Source of the DNA: a virus
Virus record (IMG/VR): IMGVR_UViG_3300027969_000047
Direction: 5' to 3' (one strand)
Length of the DNA: 64,000 bases
The notes under the pieces were generated by a model that saw only the letters and a program-made list of their open reading frames with translations, ran no database searches and was not told where the DNA came from. Numbering within the stretch: position 1 is the first letter of the stretch; every line of letters starts with the position of its first letter. The translations under genes and the position numbers were made by a program. Of this stretch, positions 26,503-36,478 are shown piece by piece.

Positions 26503-27174
26503 TTAATTACTGCTATCTAATGCTTTTACAACATTAGGAAATTTCTGACCAATAATGTCCCAACAAGCACTTGCAATTTCTGCATGTTCTTTTTGAGTGC
26601 CGTTAGACATTCTTAATTGACAATAGTGAATCCATGAACGAAGAGTGCCGTTCATGTACATTTTTGAGTGTGTGTTTCCTTCAGGAAGAACTGCTCTCGC
26701 TTGTTCTTTAGCAATACCTTTTTCAATAGCCCACTGATATGTTTCTAATGAGTGAGCAATCAATTCTTGTTGTTTCTGAATCCATTCATCACTCAACAAT
26801 GCACTACCCAATGTACCATCTAACTCAACACTGTTTTGACGATTCTTTGGGTCTTGCTTTCTAGCTGACCTTAAACCAAAAGTCAATTCAGTTGTTGGGT
26901 CAGCATATCTTTGTGAAAATTCTTGAAACGAAAAAGAACGATGTCTTAAAATCTGTCTTGCTATATCCCGTGTAGTATTTATTTCTATCACGACTGACAC
27001 CATTTCAAATGGCGACCAGTGTTCATTGCGAATCAAATAACCAATGAGTTTGTCTTTACCTGTTGTGCTTTGTTGATTGCTTGGGTTAGAAACTCTAGCC
27101 ATGTAAACAATCAAATCTTCTGCACTACCATGTCCGTCTATTCCGGCTGTCAATCCTATCAATTTAACTCTCAT
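26503..27174 (-). CDS. thyX: flavin-dependent thymidylate synthase
   Basis: RHRSFSFQEFSQRY, HWSPFE. Confidence 0.96.
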   Translation of the reverse strand: MRVKLIGLTAGIDGHGSAEDLIVYMARVSNPSNQQSTTGKDKLIGYLIRNEHWSPFEMVSVVIEINTTRDIARQILRHRSFSFQEFSQRYADPTTELTFGLRSARKQDPKNRQNSVELDGTLGSALLSDEWIQKQQELIAHSLETYQWAIEKGIAKEQARAVLPEGNTHSKMYMNGTLRSWIHYCQLRMSNGTQKEHAEIASACWDIIGQKFPNVVKALDSSN

Positions 27175-28202
27175 AATTTCTTCCAATATGTAAACTCAGT
27201 CAACGCTCTCAAACCAGAGAATGTATTAGTATCTATGATTTCTTTGATTTCACTTTCTGTCATACCATTCATTATCATCTCATTTATGTCTTTACCTTCA
27301 ACATTATTTGGCCAAATGACAACTCTGTAGTTATTTTTTACAGCCCTCTCGACCATATTGACAATCTCTTTATTTCGAGGTTCGTTGTCATATATCAGAA
27401 CTGTATTGTGAATACCTAGTTTATCTGCAACAGCAGTCAGATTAGCATCGCCTGCGGCTACAGCATTATCGATAAAGAATGAATCGATTGGACCTTCTAC
27501 GACATATATGGGTTTGCTTGTATCTACAGTGTCCATTCCGTAAATCAATTTATCAGTACTATCCGTGGTTCGAATAGTTATATATCTGAGTGTTTTATCG
27601 GAAGTTTCTAGCGCACGACCAGAGACCGCTATAAGGTTATTATACTCATCGTAAAATGGTATAACAAGCCTTGCATCATCAATTAGTTTTTTTTCGTGAT
27701 TCGGAACAAGCGCATCAATGAACTGTCTGTAGTTACTAGTGAATAGCAATCTGTCTGCTATTCTAGACAAAAAGCCTCTATTTGTACAGTATACTAGACA
27801 AAAATGTCCACTCGGGAGTTTGCTGAGCCATTCAGCATTTTCGAAGATTTTTTCTTTTTCGACTTTTCCGAATCTTGGTGATGGGATGTTGAATGAGGGC
27901 TTTTTGAAGTTGGAGTTACCACTTTCTCCATTCTTGAATCTCTCAAGTATGTATTCCTTATAGAGATTTGGGTCGATATACTTGATAAGGTTACCAAGGC
28001 TCAGTCCTTGACCACAGTTGTGGCATTTGTAAAACATATCATTTTCTTTGCGAAAGATGAACCCTCGCATCTTTGATAGGTTTTTCTTTGAGTCGCCGCA
28101 GATGGGGCAACGAACATTGAATAGGTAATCATTTTTTCGAGAAAACTTCTCAAATCGATGCGCTATTTGATTTGTGTATTTAAGGTCGATGTAAAGGCTC
28201 AT
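27171..28202 (-). CDS. DNA primase (T4 gp61)
   Basis: CPICGDS...CHNC Zn finger, VEGPIDS TOPRIM; promoter TTGACA-N17-TATAAT at 28212-28240. Confidence 0.95.
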   Translation of the reverse strand: MSLYIDLKYTNQIAHRFEKFSRKNDYLFNVRCPICGDSKKNLSKMRGFIFRKENDMFYKCHNCGQGLSLGNLIKYIDPNLYKEYILERFKNGESGNSNFKKPSFNIPSPRFGKVEKEKIFENAEWLSKLPSGHFCLVYCTNRGFLSRIADRLLFTSNYRQFIDALVPNHEKKLIDDARLVIPFYDEYNNLIAVSGRALETSDKTLRYITIRTTDSTDKLIYGMDTVDTSKPIYVVEGPIDSFFIDNAVAAGDANLTAVADKLGIHNTVLIYDNEPRNKEIVNMVERAVKNNYRVVIWPNNVEGKDINEMIMNGMTESEIKEIIDTNTFSGLRALTEFTYWKKL

Positions 28203-28247
28203 AGTCTCATAATTATACACGAGACCATGAGGTTTGTCAACTACTTT

Positions 28248-28559
28248 TTAATTTCCACCAACAATTTTTAGTAGAGTTTCGGCATGCCCTGATACAAATC
28301 CGCCAGCGGCAACTATACCAGCGAATGTCCATACCCACTTATCTCTTTGATTTTTTAAGTATGATATCTCTTTAGCTAATTCAGAATGTTGTTTGCATGA
28401 TGCAGTATACATCTCTTCTAACTTCTCTGTCAATCCTTGTCTTGTATTATCAAGGCAATCATGCATATCTTTCACATCGACTTTCAAATCATCCATCTTC
28501 TCATTGAGATTTTCTACTTTGGTCTCTACGATACCAATTCGTTCAACTGTGGTTGCCAT
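28248..28559 (-). CDS. coiled-coil protein with C-terminal TM helix
   Basis: heptad pattern followed by WVWTFAGIVAAGG. Confidence 0.7.
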   Translation of the reverse strand: MATTVERIGIVETKVENLNEKMDDLKVDVKDMHDCLDNTRQGLTEKLEEMYTASCKQHSELAKEISYLKNQRDKWVWTFAGIVAAGGFVSGHAETLLKIVGGN

Positions 28560-28575
28560 TTTCTTTTCCTAGTTA

Positions 28576-28872
28576 TTAGTTGTTTTGTTCCATTGCTGTT
28601 GTCTTTTCTTTAGTACGACCATAAGCGGCAATACCAAGAACAGCACCCATAGCAAGGTGAAACAATCCAGCGCCTTGCAATGTAATTGGTTGCCATTGCA
28701 TATCAACTTTACCCGAACCTATTACTTGCACCAATGACCAAAGAATTGGTGCAATAATAAAGTCAAATATACATGTCGCCATGTAAGTCCATCCCATAGC
28801 TGGTCTCCATTTTTTAGTCATCCAATCTTCATCTTTTCCGTTAACGGAAACTTCTGTTGATATTTCTGGCAT
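28576..28872 (-). CDS. holin (3TM/GTA-holin-like)
   Basis: KWRPAMGW...LGIAAYGRTKEK signature. Confidence 0.8.
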   Translation of the reverse strand: MPEISTEVSVNGKDEDWMTKKWRPAMGWTYMATCIFDFIIAPILWSLVQVIGSGKVDMQWQPITLQGAGLFHLAMGAVLGIAAYGRTKEKTTAMEQNN

Positions 28873-29055
28873 TTTTTGTTCCTCTTATTGTTATTTTGAA
28901 TTAACAAAAATCGCCGTATCAATAATATTTTTCAAACCTTCATCGTCAGTCTCTAACACACTCAGTAGAGCCAAGTACTCTTCTTTCGAAATTTCTTCAG
29001 CTTCAAAAAGTCTTGTATACTCATTATAAAAAACTTCTGTTGATTGTGTATCCAT

Positions 29056-29799
29056 TTATATCTTCTTGTTTTGTATTTTTTTTACCGGCACTTTTTTAGC
29101 AACTGTTCTAGTGCGTCTGATAGGTTTTTTAACAATCACTTCTTTATGTGAGATAACCATTACCAACAAAAGTAAACTTAAATTTATGATAATAATCAAT
29201 GTCCATGCGGCTGTCATATAAAACAAATATTCAGATTGCAGTCTATTCACTACCATTACATAAAATTCATCAGTAGTGTTTAAAATTTCTTTCTTATATT
29301 TTTTATAGTCATCACCAAACATTAACATCTGTGCCTGTGTATAGTGATGCATTTGAACTTCAAAGTTTAATTCTGGAATTCCTTTATCAACCCAAGCAAA
29401 TGCTTCGACCTCTAGTTTAGCAAGGTTGTTACTTAACTGCTCTGCCTTTAGCAATTTATCTAATTCAGATTGTGTGAAAGGAACTTCTTTTACTCTATCT
29501 TTGAATGATTTACTAACACCCTTTTCATCTGTTATTTCGCCATTGCGAACTTTAAGTATGTTGTTGAACTCTGTTCTCCATTGTTCATTCTTTGTTGTTA
29601 CGAAATATCTGGCATAGTTAGTTAAATCATCAGAGGACTTTGCCATGGTACGACTAAGTGAAGAAGCATGGTTTAGAATATTCAATTGAGTTTCTGCACT
29701 TTTGAAACAACTAAGAACAGCTAGACTGCTTATGAATATAACTCCCGCAATAATATACGGAGTTTTCTTAAATTCTAAAATTTTATCTAATATTTTCAT
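29056..29799 (-). CDS. TM-sensor-TM protein resembling a chemoreceptor/histidine kinase periplasmic domain, with no output domain
   Basis: SSDDLTNYARYFV.T, SNNLAKLE, MFGDDYKKYK between two TM helices; short basic tail. Confidence 0.65.
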   Translation of the reverse strand: MKILDKILEFKKTPYIIAGVIFISSLAVLSCFKSAETQLNILNHASSLSRTMAKSSDDLTNYARYFVTTKNEQWRTEFNNILKVRNGEITDEKGVSKSFKDRVKEVPFTQSELDKLLKAEQLSNNLAKLEVEAFAWVDKGIPELNFEVQMHHYTQAQMLMFGDDYKKYKKEILNTTDEFYVMVVNRLQSEYLFYMTAAWTLIIIINLSLLLLVMVISHKEVIVKKPIRRTRTVAKKVPVKKIQNKKI

Positions 29800-29961
29800 G
29801 TTATTGTTTTCAGTATTAATCCTAGTACTTGTTTTACTTCTGCTTGATAATTGGTAAGTATAACCATACCAATGCCCAGTGCGGCGGTTGGAAAACTTTT
29901 CACTGATGGCGCTGACGGTTCAACTACTTTTCGTTTAGTAGTAACCTTTTTTGATACCATT

Positions 29962-30225
29962 TTATTCTACCTTATCGAATGTTTCTTTTTGTTTATTGTA
30001 CCATTCAATCCATGTATCATTTCTATCTGAACATCCATGATATTTCGCATAGTTGTCTGAAATAGTTTTTGTCACTTCAGACATTTTCATTGTGTTATTT
30101 AACGCATCTAAATTTGGGCATCTTTCCATCATAAGTTCTGGAGCATCAGGAAACTTGCGTGTCAAAGGAACATCAGTAGAACATCCTACTAATATAGTAA
30201 GCAATAAACATGCAAGGTATTTCAT
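29962..30225 (-). CDS. o-spanin-like lipoprotein
   Basis: lipobox LVGC; FPDAP..LM..C; adjacent to i-spanin-like gene. Confidence 0.7.
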   Translation of the reverse strand: MKYLACLLLTILVGCSTDVPLTRKFPDAPELMMERCPNLDALNNTMKMSEVTKTISDNYAKYHGCSDRNDTWIEWYNKQKETFDKVE

Positions 30226-30671
30226 TTTCCAACTCCTGCGGCTTGATTCAACGCATCAAAAAATTCATTAGGCAATTCACAATCGCCTCCTTGAATGAAT
30301 TTAGTATCGTACTTGACAACTTCTCTATCGATGTACTTGATTACTTCTTCGCCTCTTTCTTTGACTATTTGTTTCTTTACAATAATTTTCTCAACAATCT
30401 TTATATTCTCTTCAGCAGATTGTGTTTCTGATTGTGATATCTTCAACTCAAGGTCTTTAATTTTCAATTGCCATTTGTCTTCATTTGATATAGCGCCCGA
30501 CATGTATGTGCCAATGACAATAGCAACAATAGATGTTGCTTGAATAAGATTTCTATACATCGAAACAAACGGAATGAAACTCATCAAATAACTTACAAAT
30601 ATGCCCGCTAGACCTAAAGCCAACAGAGCATAGAACCACCAATCAGGCAGAAAACTTAATAGCCACATCAT
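30222..30671 (-). CDS. i-spanin-like membrane protein
   Basis: N-terminal TMs, coiled coil, C-terminal Cys. Confidence 0.65.
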   Translation of the reverse strand: MMWLLSFLPDWWFYALLALGLAGIFVSYLMSFIPFVSMYRNLIQATSIVAIVIGTYMSGAISNEDKWQLKIKDLELKISQSETQSAEENIKIVEKIIVKKQIVKERGEEVIKYIDREVVKYDTKFIQGGDCELPNEFFDALNQAAGVGK

Positions 30672-30974
30672 ATTGATTTTCCATATCTTAGATACATCAT
30701 CGCACCAGTAGTTTCATCTTGTACAATAATAGGTTTACCATAATTTGAATTGCCGTATTCACGAATTTGTTGACCGACTTCATCTGCACCAACATACTCT
30801 TCATACTTTGCATACTTTCTTTTCATCATTCTTGCATTGAGAAAGAACTTTGTAGGCACTTTGAATACACGAGAACCAGCAAATTTCTTAATGCCAGGTT
30901 CACCTTGTGAGCCGACACCAGCGCCAGCAATGTTACCTGAACTAACATTGTTAACTGCCATATCTTCGTTTATA

Positions 30975-31652
30975 TCATTCATTTCTTGACCTGCTGTATT
31001 GTTCTTTTAATTTTCGTTCTCTCTCATCTAATTCTCTTCTCTTCTGAGCAATCTCTTTCAATCTCCAATCTGGTTGAAGAGTTGGTATGAAATTGTCTCC
31101 ATATTCAGGATGGTCTATTTTTCTCATTTCGACAATCCAAAATATTGAACCTAACCAAGACAAAAACACAAGAAAACCTACACCAGCCCATATGATTACA
31201 TCTCTATGCTTTCTCATCAACTCTTGGCGTGCCCTGAGTTTTCTAGCTTCTTCAAGTTTTTCTTGTGCTTCTTGCTTTTCTTGTAATTCTCTTAGTCTCT
31301 TTCTTTCAGCTTCAAACTCTGTCCACACAGCACCAAGTTCTGGCGGACTTTGATACACTAACATCTCTCTCAACTCTTCTTCTGCCATCTGGACTTGTTT
31401 GGCTCTAAGAACATTATCTAATGCCTTTGAGTTTAAACCTTGTCCTCTTTTCGGAACAACTTTTCTCTGTTCTTCTGCCGCAGTCTTTACAACATCTGCG
31501 GCATCCATAAATCTACCTATGTGCCCGCCTACTTCATGGGCAACATCCATGACTTCTTTACCGGCTTGTTTCGCCTCCTTGTAGAAGGCTACACCTTTCC
31601 TGATAGCACCTATGGCAGCCTGTGCCATCGCAAATGCAGTGATTGGATCCAT
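30975..31652 (-). CDS. membrane-anchored coiled-coil protein
   Basis: MDPITAF N-terminus, TM near residue 155-175. Confidence 0.75.
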   Translation of the reverse strand: MDPITAFAMAQAAIGAIRKGVAFYKEAKQAGKEVMDVAHEVGGHIGRFMDAADVVKTAAEEQRKVVPKRGQGLNSKALDNVLRAKQVQMAEEELREMLVYQSPPELGAVWTEFEAERKRLRELQEKQEAQEKLEEARKLRARQELMRKHRDVIIWAGVGFLVFLSWLGSIFWIVEMRKIDHPEYGDNFIPTLQPDWRLKEIAQKRRELDERERKLKEQYSRSRNE

Positions 31653-31664
31653 TACCTCTTTCGG

Positions 31665-32060
31665 TCATTTTATTATTCTTCTCAATAAGTCAACAGTCGG
31701 CGAATCTAACTGAATGTCTGATGAAATTATATCATCATTATCAATACCTTTCACTTTCTCTGGCATATAACTTAAAAAAACTAAAAATGTCTTTAGTACT
31801 GGCCAATCTTCCTTTCGAATTTCGTGAAACAACATTCGAGTGGTAGGCTCAACACCAAAAACATTGTATAGCACGACAAGATGGTTGAGAACAAGTCTCT
31901 CACGCATCTCCCTATATTTACTATATCTACGAAAAAGTCGTTTCAAATAATTGAATCGCTTCATGTCCTCCTGAAATTCACTCTGTATTACATTCGGTCT
32001 ATCGTATGCCTTAGCCGCATATAATATAAAATTATCTTTATTCAGATTTTTAAAAGACAT
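31665..32060 (-). CDS. T4-like phage hypothetical protein
   Basis: EF.ED.KRF.YLKRL...LNHL..LYNVFG pattern recalled from T4-like phages. Confidence 0.75.
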   Translation of the reverse strand: MSFKNLNKDNFILYAAKAYDRPNVIQSEFQEDMKRFNYLKRLFRRYSKYREMRERLVLNHLVVLYNVFGVEPTTRMLFHEIRKEDWPVLKTFLVFLSYMPEKVKGIDNDDIISSDIQLDSPTVDLLRRIIK

Positions 32061-32451
32061 TATTCTTCTTCGTAGTCCTCCCCACCAATTGACATAATTT
32101 CTTCCAATTCATCTTCATCAATAATTTCAGAATAGAATTCATAATAACCGTCATCAGTGAGGCCATAGTTAATATACAAAAAGTAATCCGTTCCTTCGAT
32201 TGAAACTACTTCTTCAAATTCATAATCCTCGTCAGGCATTTCAGCTTCTATTGAAAAAGAGAAGTCTGCACCATATCGTGATAGAATGCTTCGAAGCATT
32301 TCAAGTCCAGCTTCGGCAGATAAAAATTGTTTATCTAAGTCCATAAGACCTTGATTGATATCTGCACGAACCATAGGATCGTTTACATCGACTGAGACTT
32401 GAAGACTAGCGTCATTCAACTCTTCAGCCAAATAGTCAGCAAACTTTTTCA

Positions 32452-32805
32452 TTAGCCTGCTGTATCTTGGAAGATTACATCATCGTTAGCAGATGCGGAA
32501 CCGTCACCAGTCATCGAACCCATCGCTACCAAAACTTCAGTTTGGACACGACCAACACGATTGCCAGTACCAGCTTTACGCAAAACCCAACCAGCGTGAG
32601 CAGGTTTACTCGCTTTACTTGCGGCTGATGTATTTGCTACCTCATTTGTATCGACACCAAATATTCCAACATTAGCACCAGTTACGAATGCGCTTGTTTG
32701 AGTATTAGCATACAATGTTCTTCCGTTTGCGGAAACGCCTAAACCACCTGCTCCACCCCATTTTGGTGCGCTTGTGTTTGCGTCTGTATTTGACCATAAA
32801 GCCAT
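32452..32805 (-). CDS. probable virion structural protein
   Basis: MALWS, HAGWV, EVLVAM; Gly/Ala/Thr-rich. Confidence 0.7.
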   Translation of the reverse strand: MALWSNTDANTSAPKWGGAGGLGVSANGRTLYANTQTSAFVTGANVGIFGVDTNEVANTSAASKASKPAHAGWVLRKAGTGNRVGRVQTEVLVAMGSMTGDGSASANDDVIFQDTAG

Positions 32806-32815
32806 TTTTTTCTCC

Positions 32816-33322
32816 TTAGTGAAAACCTAGTTCTCTTAATTTTAATAATGAAACCCTTGCGCTAACATGGTGAATGCCGATACCATCAGCACTGTCAAAT
32901 TCTTTGATGTTCTTGATATAATCGTCAATCAAAATATTCTTCTTGTCACCATCTTTAGTGTAATCTTGTTTTTCTTCTCTTTTAACTGCATGAAAACGAT
33001 CCATCGGAAGATTTAAGTATTTCTTTACCCACAACTTTTTACCTTCAATCGATGATTGATCCCATTCAGCATATGCAGTTAGAATGTGTGCATCATATTT
33101 ATCTATAACTTTCCACAATGTTTTAAAATCTTTCATTGGTGGCAAGTCAGCCCAGAAATTATCATGGCTCGCTATTTTTGCTTTACGAGCAATCTTATCT
33201 TTTTTATCATTGTATGGTGCATCGAAATGGTGTCCTAGAACTTTCTCAGCGCCTGCCAAGAAGTCAACTAAGACACCATCCATATCACAATATATGATAC
33301 CTATATCTTCTTTGTTTTTCAT
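32816..33322 (-). CDS. HAD-family 5'(3')-deoxyribonucleotidase
   Basis: DMDGVLVDF, ILIDD. Confidence 0.85.
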   Translation of the reverse strand: MKNKEDIGIIYCDMDGVLVDFLAGAEKVLGHHFDAPYNDKKDKIARKAKIASHDNFWADLPPMKDFKTLWKVIDKYDAHILTAYAEWDQSSIEGKKLWVKKYLNLPMDRFHAVKREEKQDYTKDGDKKNILIDDYIKNIKEFDSADGIGIHHVSARVSLLKLRELGFH

Positions 33323-35028
33323 TGTTTATCATTAACTAATGATGTCATTTGAGGTTCGGCTTCGAATTTGTCACCTTTACCACCTATAGCATCTTTTTTC
33401 TCTTCTTTTTTACCTTTTTTTTCCATACGGTCTTTTGCATCTTTCAATGCTTCACGAACAATAGCCTTCTTGCGAGATTCTTGAATGTTATCGATTGCTT
33501 CGGATGCTTGCACTTCTTCGCCATCAAGAACTTCTACAGATTCTTTGACATGACCATATTTCTTTTTGTACCAATCAGGCATACCATTCTTCTGACGGAA
33601 GTAACGAACAGTTGCAGAATCATTTGCTTGGTCACGATACTTATTCTCAGCATCTGTATTGTGTGACTTCATTGCATCGGCTGCCTTGTGTGCATCTTTT
33701 GCAATGTAAACTAATTCAGCATCAGTCTTTTTATGATAATCATGTCCTTCTAAAGGATGTCTTTGTGATGGGCGACCTTCTTCAAGAGTTTCATTCATAT
33801 TCTTTTTTGTATTATTATTCGACACAGCTTGTGGGCGTGACAATGATTTTTGAATAATTTTTAATGCATCACTGGATACTTTTTTAGCAGTTGTTGGTTT
33901 TGCTATTTTTTCTGGTCCGGGCATTGGTGGACCATCACGGCCACCACTAGGTTCACTTTTGTCCATTTCCATCACCCCTTCTTTTTTCATTGCAGGTACA
34001 CCTTCTCCAGGAACACAATTTGGTACTTTTTTACCATTCTTGTCTTTCATACCAACCATTTTGTAACCTGTCCAGCATGGGTCAGCATCTTCTTTTTTCA
34101 AGTCATTTGCAAATTGTTTCTTTGTTGCTTTTACAATACCAGAAAAACGACTATCTGCTTTTTTATAGTTACCTGCTTTATCTAACTCAGATGCTTGTTT
34201 GCTTGCACCAGTCTTGTAGCGACCAAGTAAATCGGTAGACAATTCATCAACTTGTTCAACTTCTTCTTTTCTCAATTCGCTTGCAGTTTTCTTGTGAGTA
34301 ATCACACCATACTTATCTTTAACTTTAACATGTATAGTATCGCCTTCAACTTTGTGTACTGTTCCAACTTTTTTCATAGTCTTTCCAGGAATTGCTTTCA
34401 TCGGATGGTCAAAGTTAACTTTGTCTCCAACTTGCATTTCTTCATCCATACGACCATTTGATGATAATCTTTCCTTGCGTCTTTGAGCGGCAAAGTCTGC
34501 ACCTTGTGGTAGTTTCTTTTTAGTTTGAGCATCATCATAAGCCTTATCAGTCTTCACATTGTGTTCTTTGCCACCAGCACCAATATCAGCAACACGGAAG
34601 CCAATTGGTTTATTGGTTTTAATCACAACAGCCTCATCAACTTCACTCAGCATATAATTAGCGACTGTTGAAATATAATCTTCTGCAAGAGTAATTTTTG
34701 ACTGTACCCATTCAGGAAGATTATCATTATCTTCTAACATATCATGCACTCTTTGAGCATTACTAATGACGCTTTGTAATTGACCACGAGCCATGTCACC
34801 TTCGTAATCATACTCAGTCTTTTCTTTAGCTTCGGCAGTAATTTCTACAGATTCTTCAGTGGTCTGCATGGCTCTTTTCTTAGCATGGTCAATTTGCTGT
34901 TGCCATTCTATTTCTCCAACAGCACCATGCTCTTCATCATCAGTTGAGCCTTTAGGACCCTTATCATGTTTAGGGTCTAACTTTGCAAACTTTATAGATG
35001 AAATGAATGATGATAATTTCTTAGCCAT
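33319..35028 (-). CDS. probable internal head protein (Lys/Glu-rich, modular)
   Basis: modules separated by xxEE/LxE motifs. Confidence 0.7.
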   Translation of the reverse strand: MAKKLSSFISSIKFAKLDPKHDKGPKGSTDDEEHGAVGEIEWQQQIDHAKKRAMQTTEESVEITAEAKEKTEYDYEGDMARGQLQSVISNAQRVHDMLEDNDNLPEWVQSKITLAEDYISTVANYMLSEVDEAVVIKTNKPIGFRVADIGAGGKEHNVKTDKAYDDAQTKKKLPQGADFAAQRRKERLSSNGRMDEEMQVGDKVNFDHPMKAIPGKTMKKVGTVHKVEGDTIHVKVKDKYGVITHKKTASELRKEEVEQVDELSTDLLGRYKTGASKQASELDKAGNYKKADSRFSGIVKATKKQFANDLKKEDADPCWTGYKMVGMKDKNGKKVPNCVPGEGVPAMKKEGVMEMDKSEPSGGRDGPPMPGPEKIAKPTTAKKVSSDALKIIQKSLSRPQAVSNNNTKKNMNETLEEGRPSQRHPLEGHDYHKKTDAELVYIAKDAHKAADAMKSHNTDAENKYRDQANDSATVRYFRQKNGMPDWYKKKYGHVKESVEVLDGEEVQASEAIDNIQESRKKAIVREALKDAKDRMEKKGKKEEKKDAIGGKGDKFEAEPQMTSLVNDKQ

Positions 35029-35030
35029 GA

Positions 35031-35927
35031 TTAATCCTTCATTGCTTGCTTGGTTGCTGTTGCATACATCACTGATTTAGCACGGTCACCATAACGCTCT
35101 TTGAAACCTGCCATACCTTTTTTCATGCCTTTTACAATGTCTTCACGCTTGTTCTTTTCATCATCAGTCATTTCGGCTTCACCGATAGTAGACATTTTTA
35201 CACCATTGATAGCATTGATATCCATGTCTTCTTTTTTCATTGTAGGCTTTGTCATCTTAGCATGTTTACGAACAGCGTGTTCTGGACCATCTGCCCAAAC
35301 ATGATGAGGTTCATCTTTCTCACCTCTTTCTGGATTATGTTTAACTGCTTTGCCATTCTTAACAGCATAACGGTCTTGATAACCAGTATCATCTTCTGCA
35401 ATCGCTTCAACTTCTTCTTGCTGTACTGCATCGACTTTAGCTTTAGCAACTTCAGCTTTTTTCTTACCTGTAGATTTAGATTGTGTGTCATCTAATTCTG
35501 CTTTGAATTCATCATTGGTAGATTCTTCAGCAATTGCTTTCTCTTCAATAGCTTCAAACAATGATTTTAGACCAGCAGACTTATATGTCTCAAGCATTTC
35601 GGAGAAAGGCTTTTTCTTTGTTTTTGCCATTGGCTTTTCTTTAACTTCTGGCTCATCTTTTTGATTACTACCACCATAGCGAGTACCTTTTTTGACACCG
35701 CTACCGCCACTTGGCTGTGGACCAGACTTAGCTTTAACAGCCTTCATCATATCATCCCAACCTTCTTCAACTTCATTGTCTTCTTTACGAAGTTTGGCTA
35801 AATCTTCACCATCAATTTTATTGTTCTTGTTGAGGTCTATCTTTTTTTGTTTTGCTGTCAATTCTTCAGCCTTCATTTTTATGTAAGCATTAGAAACGCT
35901 CTTTGTGATTGGATCATTCGTATGCAT
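35031..35927 (-). CDS. probable internal head protein with an EF-hand-like loop
   Basis: DLNKNNKIDGED; VMYATATK.A tail. Confidence 0.7.
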   Translation of the reverse strand: MHTNDPITKSVSNAYIKMKAEELTAKQKKIDLNKNNKIDGEDLAKLRKEDNEVEEGWDDMMKAVKAKSGPQPSGGSGVKKGTRYGGSNQKDEPEVKEKPMAKTKKKPFSEMLETYKSAGLKSLFEAIEEKAIAEESTNDEFKAELDDTQSKSTGKKKAEVAKAKVDAVQQEEVEAIAEDDTGYQDRYAVKNGKAVKHNPERGEKDEPHHVWADGPEHAVRKHAKMTKPTMKKEDMDINAINGVKMSTIGEAEMTDDEKNKREDIVKGMKKGMAGFKERYGDRAKSVMYATATKQAMKD

Positions 35928-36196
35928 TTGGGGTTCTCCTATTTAATTTTTATAAGCTATTGAAACTGCTCTAACATCTGTACCTGCATTAACTAATAAT
36001 GCGTGGTCTCTATCTTTTTCTATAATCATTTCTGAATTGTTCAGAATTGTTATATTTGCAATATTGGCACCAGTACTATCTTGAATTGTAATCACATGTT
36101 CTTGTGAGCCAATATGAACAAGTCTAACCACAACTGCATTGTTAACTGTTGTATTTGCAGTTGATGATAGAACAACTTCAGTTCCTAATGTTCTGA

Positions 36197-36478
36197 TTAA
36201 CAATTCCATCTCCTCAGGGCTTTGTTAATTGGTGAATCGGGGTCTCTCGCATTCTCAGGATTAGTCAATCTCTTTTTCATGCCACCCATTCTACGACAAA
36301 ACGCTAGACGGCGGTCTGCTCTTTTACCTTTTGGGTCTTTTTCAGTCACAGCAGTTTTTAATTTTGAACCAGGATTTTCACTACGATATGCGTTGACTGC
36401 TTTCTGAGAAAGCCCATCAGTCTTATCTTTACGATTGACATCCTGCCAATCTTCTGTAAATGTTTTAAATGATTTCAT
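36197..36478 (-). CDS. basic phage protein
   Basis: MKSFKTFTED N-terminus; FCRRMGG...RRWNC. Confidence 0.75.
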   Translation of the reverse strand: MKSFKTFTEDWQDVNRKDKTDGLSQKAVNAYRSENPGSKLKTAVTEKDPKGKRADRRLAFCRRMGGMKKRLTNPENARDPDSPINKALRRWNC

